Below the pieces are notes generated by a model, which was not told the origin of the DNA, searched no databases, and saw nothing but the letters and a program-made list of their open reading frames with translations. A stretch of DNA of 64,000 nucleotides, from NCBI RefSeq assembly GCF_052425735.1, contig NC_135766.1:19778001-19842000 (forward strand), given 5' to 3'. This DNA comes from Oculina patagonica. Taxonomy: Eukaryota. The position numbers and the translations under genes are program-made. Of this stretch, positions 1 to 12,700 are shown piece after piece (positions within the stretch are counted from its first letter, which is position 1; every line of letters begins with the position of its first letter).

Positions 1-270
1 ATCTCCGTTATCTACTTACACATGAAATAATATAAAAATACAATTCACTAAAAAAAGGTAAATAGACAATGTTATCGAATGTTTTCATCTATGAAGATAG
101 TTTAATAACCACATCAGTACTTTATACATCCAAAAGAGACTGAGCATACCTGTCTATTTCACATAAGACCCCCCCCCCCCCTCCGAGTAGATAATAATAG
201 TAGATATTAATAGTGCCTCTTTTAGGGAGCACACACCGTAACCGTGGTAAAATCTCCTGTATGTTTTCAG

Positions 271-3200
271 AGGTGATGGGTGCAGTAATGTCAGTGCTGT
301 TTATCTGGGTGCTGACCGGAGTTTTAGTCTACCTGGCGATTCAAAGAATCATGACAAAACAGTATGAAATAGATGCTCAAGTCATGTTACTAACAGCTTC
401 CGCTGGACTCATTATCAACGTCATGTAAGTTGCTCATAAAATTGACCTTCAAAGGAAATCTCGTCCTGGGGACGATCGAAGGTTGCTTCACACTGAGATA
501 CTTATCGTAAGGACTACTACTCGCATAAACAGTTCATCTGATTACAATGAGAAAGTTGAACACAATACAAACCGATCTCAAGAGGGCACGATAACAATGA
601 TACAAACATTAATTGGTGTAAAAATTTTCTACTATGGTTAACTGTGATATCGATACTTTTTTGCCCTTCAAGAAGGAAAAAGGAAATTACCATTAGGAGT
701 ATAAACGGAAGTCTTAAAAATTCGCCAAAGATTTTTACATCATGTTACATTGACTGACTGATTTTTTACTCAATGTTAGATTGGTTCTGTAATTGATTCT
801 GTAACGAGGACCGGAAAACCGAGAACCGAGAGAAAGTAAGGAGAGAACTCATTGAAGGCTAGTTCAATCATGGAAAACGAGCTTTATTGCTACTTTATAT
901 ATGAATACCGTATTTATTCGCATAAACGCCGCGGCGTTTATTAAATTTTTCGTGATTCGAGTGCGGCGTTTATTTGAGGGCGGCGTTTATTTAAAATTCA
1001 GGTAATGAACGTTTATTCGTTTGTCTCACGATAGAATCGCTTTGAGATGTTGATCGCGACGTTTCTACTTCAATACTGCTAGTCTTCATCAGGCGATGAG
1101 GTCGATTGTTTACGCGTCCTCATCGCCTGATGAACACAATACAAACCTCATCGCCTGATGAAGACTAGCAGTATTGCAGTCGAAACGTCGCGATCAACAT
1201 CTCAAAGCGATTCTATCGTGAGACAAACAAATAAACGTTCATTACCTATCTTACACCACGATGAACAATATTCACATCTTTAAAATTCAATTTATTTCCG
1301 GCTTGCAAACAATAGCATGGTAACTGAACAATTGAACTTTAAAAATTAGGAAGATGCTGTAGTGCTTGTCTCAAAAGTCACTTTCAATATAAAACACTGT
1401 TACAATCAAGGAAAACTATTATTTTAGGCTTGTGCAAACTTGATAATTTCTGTATTTGCTTTTTGAGTCTATTATTCGAATAAACGCCGCATCATGATGC
1501 GGTGTTTATTCGACGGGACGGCGGCATATATTTCCGCTCTATAAAAATGCGGCGTTTATTCGAGGGAGCCGTTTAATCGAATAAATGAGGTATGACAACC
1601 TTATGGAATACTCATACACATTCGAGCAAATATAATATTTCCTTGTAACCTTCTCAGATTAGGTATAATCCTTCACCAAAAGGGGCATGGCCACAGCCAT
1701 GGTTTCAACCCACAGAAGAAGAAACCTAGCACGACTGCCCAAGCATCGCCATCTAGTTTTATTATAGAAGAAGAGGAAGAAAACGTAAATGTACGAGCGG
1801 CGTTCATTCACGTGGTGGGAGACTTTTTACAAAGCATAGGAGTTTTTATCGCAGCTCTTCTTATTTGGTTTAAGGTGAGTTTTTCAAGACCTTTCATTAA
1901 CTTGTCTTCCCCTCTCCTCCTCCCCCCGCCCCCCCCCCCCAAAAAAAAAAACCTTTCCACAAATCCTTTTTCACCTTACTTTTTGAAAAAAACATCTCCA
2001 AGTTACACATGACGAGATTTGAGCGATAAAAGTAGTACAAGAGAACATAAGAGTTTACAACATCATTGCTGACAAACGAGCGAAAACTCGCGTCGATTTT
2101 TACATCAGTAAGGGTTTAAAAGCAGATTTAAATTTGTCGAGAGCGTACAAGAGTCAATAAGAATGCATGGAAAGTCGAGTAAGGCCCTAGCTTATCATAT
2201 TTTGACAGCCAAACTGAAAGATCGAGGGTTTTATGTCGTAAATCCAATGTCGTGAAGGAACATGTACTTGCAACATTTTGCGCGCAAAAATCTGCTTGTA
2301 ACTTGCAAACATTTGTTCTTTGTGGTCGGTCGAGGTTCCTTTTAATGGACTAAAACCAGTTCATATTTCGTGATACATATCACCTCGCTCTTATTGAAGG
2401 CGAAAGACCTGGCAAAAGCTTCGAGACAAATCTATTAGCAGTTGGCCCGTATACATAGATTTCCTCTTTTTTCTGTCTCTTTATCTTTCTTTGCAGCCTT
2501 CTTGGGCGATTGCAGATCCAATATGTACGTTTGTATTCTCACTGATAGTTCTAGGAACCACACTAGCTATTCTAAAAGACGCGTTAATTGTTCTTATGGA
2601 GGGTAAGTACGAGCTCGTCACTTTTATGTGACCCTTCATTTTAATCTTGTGCGTAGGGAAGGCTAAAATAGGGGCCAAATGATAAAAGGACGATGTTTTT
2701 TTTTCTCGACTTTTTTTACTTTTCGGGCAAGAAAACGGACAAGGTTTTTCGGTTTCTGATAAAAAGATCAGTACCTAAATGGAAGTGATAGCTCAGTTGG
2801 TAGAGCACTGCTCCGGTACCGTTCATGAAGAGACCAAGTTATCTTCAGTGCGTGCATGATGTCGATTCATGACTGAAACGTTTCTTTAGACTTAGGGAGC
2901 TTTCCAGTTGTCAGAACTGGCCGGCCGGTCCGGTACATTTGAATGTAAAATGGACCTTTTTCACGAGATTTTTAACTAAAACCACCATATCAGTGTGTAA
3001 TATTTGTGCATTGGCTGATTTGACAGAACAAATCTGACTAATAATGGAATTATGTTCTCGAACTTACTGGTCTGGCCGGGCACTTCTGACAAATGGAAAG
3101 CGCATTTGTAAACCCTACTCCCGTTTTCTTGACGAGATTTTATAATTAACTGAACATTTACATTTTTTTAATATTGCAGGAGTTCCAAAAGGATTATGCT

Positions 3201-3775
3201 TTCGTTCTTTAAAAGAAAGTCTCCTTGACATTCCTGGAGTATTAGCTGTGCACGATCTTCATGTATGGTCACTTACAGTAGGAACGACTGCCATTGCAGT
3301 TCATCTTGTGATAGGTGAGTAAGCGAGTTTCGAAATGATTTTATTTAAACAGAAACCAAACTTGCGAATGATGTTAAAGGTAACAAGTTAGCCAGCCTGT
3401 CTGTCTGTCCGTCTGTTCTGTCTCATGCTGTTAGTCCGTCCGTCCGTCATGCAGTCAGTCAGTCAGTCAGTAAGTACGGATTCAGAGTCAGTCAGTCAGT
3501 CAGTCAGTCAGTCAGTCAGTCAGTCAGTCAGTCAGTCAGTCAGTAAGTACGGATTCAGAGTCAGTCAGTCAGTCCTCTGATCCAATAGCTCATATAATGA
3601 ACAAGCTATATGTTCTTATTTCTTTTCAGACGACAGTTGCAGCTCACAAACGGCTTTAGAGGAAGCTTCACGTATCTGCAGTCAAGAGTTCGATATTCAA
3701 CACAGTACAATCCAAGTAGAGACCTCCAGCGAGAAAACCGCTGAATGCGTACAGTGTGACGAGCCTACTCAATAA
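271..3775 (+). CDS. SLC30A2: Cation diffusion facilitator zinc transporter, ZnT2/3/4/8-like (5'-partial; 5 exons in window)
   Basis: GT-AG exons in consistent phase: 271-424, 1658-1874, 2497-2602, 3180-3314, 3630-3775 (TAA). Motifs: His loop HQKGHGHSHG, NVRAAFIHVVGD, IADPICTFVFS, VLMEGVP, VHDLHVWSLT, HSTIQVE, C-terminal CVQC. The symbol names the nearest vertebrate subfamily; 1:1 orthology is not shown. Confidence 0.92.
1053..1097 (-). ncRNA. Second, mutated hammerhead copy
   Basis: Reverse complement atcgcctgatgaagactagcagtattgaagtagaaacgtcgcgat; core intact, two substitutions in helix II. Confidence 0.6.
1150..1194 (+). ncRNA. Minimal type I hammerhead ribozyme
   Basis: ATCGC-CTGATGA-A-GACT(agcagtattgc)AGTC-GAAA-CG-TC-GCGAT: 5-bp helix I, helix II, palindromic ACGU helix III; predicted cleavage after C1189. 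Confidence 0.8.
2781..2822 (+). repeat. tRNA-derived SINE head fragment
   Basis: A-box/D-arm tagctcagttggtagagca with no T-arm or 3' half. Confidence 0.5.
2895..3104. mobile_element. MITE with degenerate TIRs
   Basis: gctttccagttgtcagaactggccggcc / ggccgggcacttctgacaaatggaaagc. Confidence 0.6.
3452..3574 (+). repeat. (CAGT)n microsatellite with a duplicated 16-bp interruption
   Basis: Direct reading; aagtacggattcagag occurs twice. Confidence 0.9.
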
Positions 3776-5044
3776 CAGCAACTGCGGGCTCACAATTAAC
3801 GAAGCCGCTGAACGGGAGATGTACGCTAGTCTTAAGGAGGACTTGGTTGCAATTCAGATCAACTTCTTCACTCTCATGACCGTTCTTCCTGACATTGCCA
3901 CCTCACAGTGAAGATAAATCAGAATTTGAACAACGCTGGAGTTGAAAGCGGTCAATTCGAGCGCTCTCCCTTACAATGCCAAAGCGGTTAAATTTGACAA
4001 ATTTTTATAAAATTACATCGTAAAAGAGAAAAACACGAATGACACTACCATCATTTAAATGGTCACACTTTAGAACTTCATCATCCACAACTCTAAACTC
4101 AGTGCCACCTTGTACAGCAAGAAAACAGTACCACATGAAAGTACTGCTCAATAGCTTTCATGCAAATGATCACACACTTGGGTTTTATCCAAAGACTAAA
4201 AAGTTAGAGCCCCATTGTACACCTACAATAAATAGTACCACATGAAAGGATCTCGCATTAGCTGTTATTTAAATGACCACTCGCTCAGGATTCGGCCACA
4301 GACAAAAAAAAATTCTCGAAAAATTAGAGCCACCTCGTACAGCGTAATTAACAGTATATTACCACATCAAAGTACTGCTTTTAAAATAACTTGCACCAAC
4401 CGCCAAAAAGGCAAAAAAAAAAACAGCTGACTTTGTGTCAAAGAATATTTAAAACAGTTTGTTCCCAGTCCCAAAATAGATTTCATTTACCGCGCGTGTC
4501 GGGTTTTTTCTTGTACTGCCGGGGGTGGGAGTGGGGGATCTGTTCGCAGGTTACATAATGCACCTTACTCCCCCACCCCACTCCTACCCCGAGCTGGAGA
4601 GAAAGGCTACGAACATCCATGTTGTTGGTAGAATAACTGGGAAAACTTGAGGGATCTTTGCTATTTTTTCTTCGTAGCTTTCTGAAAATTAATGTTATAA
4701 TGTTGATGTTAGCAACTGCTTACTTTTTCTGATTTTGGTCAAGCGTGCGCCAGACCGGAACCACTAGGGAAGTGCCCGTTAGGTTAAACCGTAATTACTA
4801 ATAACAGACTCTCTTGACACAGGAAAATTAAAGCTATTTTTATTATGTCCAAGCTGGTTTTAAACAGCAGATTTAAGCCTTACGAGGAGCCAACAACTTT
4901 CATAACTTAGGGTATTCTCGGAGGTGATGAATATCTGCGTGTCACCATTGAATATCTTCCATATAAAACGGCACGCACTCATGATAACCGAAGTCACCAA
5001 TCCATTACAACCGTGCAATTCACTTCCCTCAACTAAGTTCTGTG

Positions 5045-6666
5045 TTATCTTCTCGACCTCTTGCTTTCATCGTCTCTGTCGTCGTGATATCTCACCCGTT
5101 TGCTTCCTTCTTTGTGCTGTTTTCTATCTCTTTCCATTCTCCATGACCCTTCCTCATCCCTACCGTCCCGTCTCGTATTGTCCTTTTGGTCTCTACTGTC
5201 CCGCCTTTCTTGTGAGACTTCTTCTTCGTTGGAATTATTACCACTGATACCGTGTTCTTCTCTTAACTGAGTCTCTAAGACGTGCATTTGTGTTTCGATC
5301 AAATCGCGCATTACCTGAAGACGGAAAGCAGAGCATCGTTAGATGTATTTGTTGTGGTTTAAATTTATCTTTGGTTCAAACTGAAATTTTTCAAGCCAGT
5401 CGAATTTTTATTTTTCGTTGTCTTGTATTCATTGTCATAATCTGAAACAAAAGAAAATAAAAATCAAACTGATTTGAAAAATTTTGAACCAAGGATAAAT
5501 TGAAACCACAACATATTTAATGAATACGGCCTATGGAGAAATAAAGCTATAAAAGCTATACCCGGTGCGCGGTCAGGTGCTTTTTTCCCAGCATTTATTT
5601 TTTCGAGTGCGAAAGACGGCTAAAACCAAAAAAAAGACAAAAAGAACGTCTGATGCGATCTGCTTTCAGCATGTTTCCTGCTTTCTCTGTCCTTCGCGTT
5701 TAGGAACTAAACCCTAACCTCAGATTTTCTGCGTGTTTTCACTTTAAACTTTACCGGCGGTCTTATTCAGCTGCTTGACTCACAGGGGGTGGTGTAGGTG
5801 AGGCCTCACACCGGGAGGGAGGATGGGTTGGGATAAATACCTCTACAGCACTCCTCTTAGTAATGTGTACATTCTTTGCTCGGTAGCTTTGTCGACGTCG
5901 TTTGTAGTCACGCTGTTCAGCTAACACTTCAAACCGAGACTTGGGTTGGTCTTCTGTGTCTATAAGAGTGTGACACATGAATTAGAACATGGCTGGCTAC
6001 AGTACATCCATAGCTTATATGGGGAACTCCCATATGAAAAAGCTCGTCGGAAAATTTGAACTAAATCCCCGAGGGAGACTAATCTGGGTGTGGCTCAAGC
6101 TTGTTGACCGTTTAAAAGGTGCATTTTTTATGTCTGATATAAAAGGTTTTGACTGTCAACACAGTGTGACTACACAAACAAAGGATGTTAGGCCTGTTAT
6201 ATGGAGGGGTTTTCAAATCCCTTCCATGCAGCTTTTCCAAGTTCGTAGCTAAGCCTGCGTGCAGACGTCTCTACGGCTGCACACAGGCTACCAAATTCGC
6301 TACTGCGCGGCGGCTGTTCAGCAAGTCGTTCATACATTGTCTCTAAATTGTTTTACGCACTTAAACGCACGTAAAAAATTACGCGTCAGTGGAAATCCAG
6401 CATGACAGTATTTCAAAAATCCCATATCACAATCCGTTTTAATCTTCTGGAATTTTTGTCAACCCGTACATTCTTTTGTATTTGCTATGTTATTGTAATG
6501 TTCCTTCGTTGTTTTGAGTGGTTATTTTTATATTTCACTTAATTTGGGTGCCATTTTCGGATGTCTAACTTGAGCTAAAATCCGTGACACAGCTCCTTTA
6601 ATTTACCCATATCGAAATTCAGTTGATAATCAACTAAATGTTTCATGCTCGCCGACACAGCACAAC

Positions 6667-6702
<36 letters not shown>

Positions 6703-9700
6703 ACAACTGTTACCTTTAGAGTCGTTCGCGTCAGATGCACCTTCCAAATCCACGTCTTCTTTTTGTCCTTCTCGTTTGGCTTTTGACACCTAGTTGAAAA
6801 TGATCGTTTAAAAGAATAGCAACAAAAACTTGGCCAAACAATGCAAGATATAAAAAAAGGTAAAGGAAATACGGACCTGTAGTACATGTTCGTACACGGC
6901 CAGCCGCTGCTGAGGTAATAAGTCATTTATCACCCGGTCCATGGGCAGAGGTATTTCCTTTACATAGTTTTCAACAGGTACTGAGTGGAGAGAGTCTGTG
7001 TTGCTCGTAGTGTTTATACCTGTGAAGAATAACAAGTTTAATTACTGAGAAAAAATGTAAGGAGTAGAAAAGATCATTACGCTGGGATATCTGAAGAAAA
7101 AAAAAACAGTTTAAGGACACAGGATAGCGCATCAAAACTCGTGATTTGAATCGAATAGACCGCGAACAAGTTTTATATTTCTGCAAAAACCGCTTGTTCG
7201 CTCGTGTTATTTTCGCGTTCGCCTTCAGCGGTTTTTGGTGAGACGTAGAGACTGGTAAGTGTTCTCTGAACCCAACATACACAAACATGGACTGCAGTCT
7301 ACATACAAAGCGATTATTTCGTGACTGCCACCAAACCGAAAACAATTACATCAAAACACAATGAACTTATCAGAACTCGAGGCAAATCCAGACGACCCGT
7401 GATAAGTGCAGGAAAACGCACGTTGCTCCTGACTGTTTGAAACAAAGCGTGTTTGCTCTGATTGGTTACAATCATTTACGTGGCTACATCTATTTAGTCA
7501 ATTTCGACGGTCAAATGGGATTCGTTTTGCAAAACTTTGTGATTGGTACAATAAACTGCTGCGAGATTTTCTAGCCGATCAGGGCGAATACATTGTTGAC
7601 TCAACCAATCAGGTGTAACTTTTCCCGCGCTTTCTGCCGGCTGCACGTTGCAGTTAAACGACAAGCACAATAAAGAATTCACAAATATTTTCAGATTGGG
7701 ATTGAGAAAGTTATCTGAGACACATACCTAAGCGTTCTTGCCTTCCGTCTTCCATACTGGACTGAGGAAGGAAACGAAACCACAATATAAAGTAAGTTAT
7801 GATCATTTTTAGACCAGAACTAAAACAAAAACTGAGTTAAATCTGTGCAAAAGAATATTTGACGGCTTTTTAAACGCAGACTGCAGGACAAACCAGAAAA
7901 TGAACACACGACAAACGCCAAGTTAATGAACGTCAAACGAACAACAAGTAAACGAACAAACCTCAATTTTACAATGAAAGAACGAAGGGGTTCACGATAT
8001 AAACAAACAAACTGACAAATGAGCAAAGGAACAAAGGAATCGACGATCAAACTGACAAATGAGCAAAGGAACAAAGGAATCGACGATCAAACTGACAAAT
8101 GAGCAAAGGAACAAAGGAATCGACGATCAAACAGAGAAACGAATAAAAACACAGCCGAGCAAAAGTGCAAGAGAACAACAGATGCCAGAACGAATGAACT
8201 AACAGACTAACAATGAGCGACCAATGAAACGAAGATGAAATTATGTGGTGTACCGGTACAGCAAAAACATAGAAAATACATCAAAACAACAAAGCTCTGT
8301 ACCTGGTTGGCGTTGCTCTTTTCGCTAGCAATAGAAACAGCAAGGAACTTCCACAATTTCAAAACAAATGATTGTGTTTCTAAGATATAAAGCAAACAGA
8401 AAGGAAATGAAACTCAAATGATCTGACTTGAAAATTTAACGACATCGGATAACAACCCTACCAGAAAATGTACACGAGGCTACGAGAAGCCCCTTTTTTC
8501 TCAGTTTCTTGAGCGTGAAGAGGAAACAAGAGAGGAAAAACGAGAGTGGAAAAATGGCTCCACGAAATCTGGCTCGCCTTAGAATGTGCTTCCAGTAAAA
8601 TTAGTGCTTCTTATTTAATAGTTAGTTTACTTACGTATAATAGATCTTCATTTTATTTATTTTTTATACTGTTTGCTGAAGGATTTTTAACCGTGTTGAA
8701 ATAAAGTTATCTGATCTGATCTGAAGTGATCTACATGTAACCCCTATTTCAACCCCCTACCAACCCCCCCCCCCCCCCATTCAGAAATTTGTTTGAATTT
8801 AATACATCATGCCAAAGAAGATCAAGAAAGAAGAAAGCGCCTGTCCCTTATAAGAGCTGTGGTCCACTTCCCTTGAGACCCCATGATAAAATAAGTGCCC
8901 CGGGCGCTAGATTGAATCATTACTGAGTAACAAAGGTGGTTAAGACTGGAACAGCTTGAGATGAATTCTGACGAAGGGTTGCTTTAAAATTTGGCTGAAC
9001 AGCTGATTTAGTTACATCGAGGAAAGTTCTAGATTATTACCATTTCCAAGAAGATCTTTAAGCATTTCTTCCATGCCACTTGGATGGGCAACTTTCTCTT
9101 CTTGAAGACAGGATAACACAAAATTCACAAGATGGTCACTAGCACCTTCAAGAGAGCTGTTTTAAACAACATAGTTGAGAGTCATTCAAAATTTTGAACA
9201 TCATAATTTTCCATGGTTTAATGCTACAAAATTAATCAACTATATGATCTTAATAGTTGCAGAATACCCCAGCACTTGAGAGAGGCCCTGCCAGGGTAAA
9301 TTCCGACAAGTGACACGGCCCAGAAAGTGGCGACAGCACATAAAATAAAATCCCGACAAACGACAACCCTTTTGGAAGCAAGCAATTTTCCTTCAATTCA
9401 ACTACGAGGGAAAGTGTGATAAAACAGCGACACGGGACATTTTTAAATTTAGACAAGCGACACGGGATCCCCCCTGGCAGGGCCTCTTGAGAGATGATAG
9501 TAACAAGAAAATCAAAACACAGAGCATTTTTGCGGAATAACATACAGTACCGCTCAAATGTTATCACCTCTCGTCTCGTTTCTCGCGAGACGCGTCTCGT
9601 TTCTCGCGAGAGTCAGTGATGCGTTCAGTATGGAATATATTACTCGCAAGAGGCCATATTGTACCTTAAATACTGAACTTGTGGCAAGTTCCCAATGATC

Positions 9701-12700
9701 CAGGTCTTGATTTTATCTTGTGACAGGAGATGAAGATCAAGTCGTGTGTGAGAAGCTGGTACCACCTCCCAGGCCATTATTGACCTAATAATAAAATTTT
9801 ATCACAATTATGCAGTAACAAATGGTTTAAATTTAAAAATCTTTTTTTACCAAATATAAAATAAGTGTAAAATGTCTTGTTTCGATTCAGTGTCAAATTA
9901 TTACACTTCATTTAGAGGTTTCTTCAATGTGGTACAGTCAACTTTCGTTATAGCAGACACACTCGGGGCACCATTAAATTTTAGTGTCCATAATTTATAG
10001 CAAAAGTCCAGAGTGAGTTCGGCATTTCCAGTCAAACCTCTTTCGCCGGGGATCTGGATTTTGTCTGTAATAGTAGCAAAATCTGGACATTACATGTAAC
10101 TGAAATACTAAGAAAGCCCTTTTAAACAAAAATAAGGCCAAAGTCAATTTTTGGTATTTTACTGGCAGTGGCAACTGTTTCATTGCATCTTGTTTTTTTT
10201 TTTACATCAAGGGTTTAAGTTTCTTATACCAGGTGACATTTCCCTGCGGGATTATATGTATGTGCCTCCCCCACCATGCGAGACTCAGGCAACATTAGCA
10301 TGTTCTCAGACTGAGAGATATAGAGGGAATCTAGGTGAAGTTTTTGTTTCAGAAAAGTGTTTTAGCCGCTCACTCCCATGCTTTGCTATTTTACAGTGCT
10401 GAAAACATGCCACTACATTATCAACATACTCTGTACCTTATGTTATCACTGCAGATCATTTGCTCATTGGTGATTATGTTCTGATTACTAATTTCTTGTC
10501 TTTCTTCAAATGATTTGCCAATGTTACAACATAGTGGGTTACCCTACAAGACAGTCCAAGAACACCATGATCATTTGTTGTCATATGTACAGCATTTCAG
10601 TGTTGCAATTATTGATTAATTAATTAAATAACTAAAGGTAATTATTTAATTAATCTTAATCATTTGCATACCTTTCTCAAAAAAATGTTGTGTGGCTCTT
10701 GATCCAGTTCACGCCTTTGGAAAAATAAAAAGAGTCCAGTGTACAGTCTTAGAATTCATGGCAAATAATTTTGAGCCTTTCTGCGACACACTTGTGTCTG
10801 ACAGTACAAAACAGGACACAACATGAAAAAGGTTCACAGTGTATTGTCCTGGGGGAGGACAGAAACACATGTATGGTATTGAAAATTAGAGCGGGTTAAA
10901 TCATCAATTGGAAATTTGAAAGGAGCCTCACAAAAGTACAGGGCGGCTCAGTTTGAAAGGTACTGAAAGTGTCCATGCCCACTTGATTACTACTAACAGA
11001 AAAAGTTGTTACAGGGAATGTGTAAATTACATTTTGCTTGTATGGGAGATCAAACACAAGGTTTTTTTCAAGTCGACCGTGAGTAGAGCTGTCTGTGTCT
11101 CGACGGTAACTTTAACAGAAGTTTATTTAAACATACAGAACCAGCTCACCAGGAATGCCCTTAGGATAATAAATTACAAATTTTAACCCCATAAAGGTTC
11201 ACATTTATAACGTGAGTCTTTCCTCCCTACAGGGATGTTTGACATTTCATACCTTTCACTGCCATTCTTGAAGGTATTGTATTGCTTTTCATCTAGTAAA
11301 TAAAACAGCACAAAATTATTAGTAACTTGCACATTATGCATGCAGCCTCCAGAATGAAAAATAAAAGATAACAATGAGTTTAATTAATAAACTTAACTTT
11401 TGGTGTCTTTTAGGAAACAAATAATTATTTATTGCATGTTCAAGCATATCCTGTTCCAGGCTCTCGGTAGTTTTTCTCCCTGGTTTTCTTCCTTTTGCTC
11501 ACCCCCAACTACCGAGAGCCTGGAACAGGCTAGTTCAAGTACTACTGTACCTATAAAAACAGGAATCACAGACTTGGATGACTGATAGAAGAATTCAGGA
11601 CTTGAACAAGCATCCTGTGGAAAATAATTATTTTTTATTGACATGCGAATTACATTGTACTGTACAGTTAAATGATGGACTACTGTTTTTACTTACAGTA
11701 TAATACATAGTTAGTGATAAATGTAAACTGTAAACTTGCAGAAAAGCCCACACATTTGCCATAAAAATATATATTTTGTATATATTTAGCTTTCCAAATC
11801 TTACATTCACGTTTTCTTATTGTTTTGAATATCCCCATGCCATCCCCCCTACTCTCCCTGCACCCATCCTCTGACCAGTCCTATATAAACAGAAACTTAA
11901 CAGGAATGGTCCCATGTGAACAGACCTGGTCATCCATTCCGGTCTCAAATCAAATTCAATTGGGACTGTAAATATAGCCTAGCACAACTATTTCATAATT
12001 TCTTGCCTGCGGTTTTATGCCTTTATATGCATATTGGCAAACAGTTAAATGTTTTTCCAGTCTTGATGTTGGTATCCTATGGCTTGGGTTGATTGGACAG
12101 TGCACCAGCCTTGAACTATTGACCTTAAAAGTTAAGGGAGAAAACAAATTATTACAGTAAGACAGATGTAGCAGGTGCGATGGGCTAATGGTTAGTGCAC
12201 TGGACTCCACATTTAGAGTACACCTAGTAAGTTCAAGATGGGCACCCGTAGCTACAGTACACTGTACAGTACATTAAGATTTTGCTGTCAACGTCACTGC
12301 CCAAAATAGTCAAAGATGTCTTTAACGTCTCCGCTCTCAACCTTCTAGGTCCTGTACACATGAGCAGGAATGGTAACCCAAGTGCAAGGGCCGGTACCCT
12401 AGTAAGAGGGCCAAAGATAATCAGCTGGTATTTACAAGCACAACATATCCAATCGAACGTTCGGTAATCGAAACCAATCGAACACCAATGGTTTGATTGG
12501 GTTCGGTAATCGAACATAATCAAACTCACAATAAAATTTGCTCAATCGAACAACATCGAACGTTCGATTACCAAACAGTTGACAATCATACTCAGCCGAC
12601 ATTCGATTACTGAACTCCTGTTTGTTTGTATTGCGGACATTTTGTACAGTGCACCATCCCCCTGATTAGTCCTGGGTGATTTACTTATAAAGAGACGGAT

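Larger units (their letters stand above)
1001..1278. mobile_element. Truncated Penelope-like element (inverted pseudo-LTR)
   Basis: ~100-bp inverted repeat (1000-1102 vs 1145-1247); tttaaaattca direct repeat at 990-1000 and 1279-1289; both arms contain a hammerhead core. Confidence 0.75.
906..1592. mobile_element. MITE (TACCGTA-type termini, GGCGTTTA subterminal repeats) in a ZnT intron, interrupted by a Penelope-like insert
   Basis: TIR taccgtatttattcg / cgaataaatgaggta; same architecture as 23920-24383. Confidence 0.75.

Noticed and set aside
8009-8132. CRISPR-like array (also 13022-13115)
   Set aside because: Head-to-tail repeats without unique spacers, in eukaryotic introns, with no cas genes.
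10038-10064. 27-nt phase-preserving micro-exon (QNPDPRRK) in SNRNP48
   Set aside because: Weak acceptor and donor and not needed for frame; left out of the model.
10715-11252. Possible intronic snoRNA in SNRNP48
   Set aside because: No convincing C/D or H/ACA box arrangement identifiable by eye.
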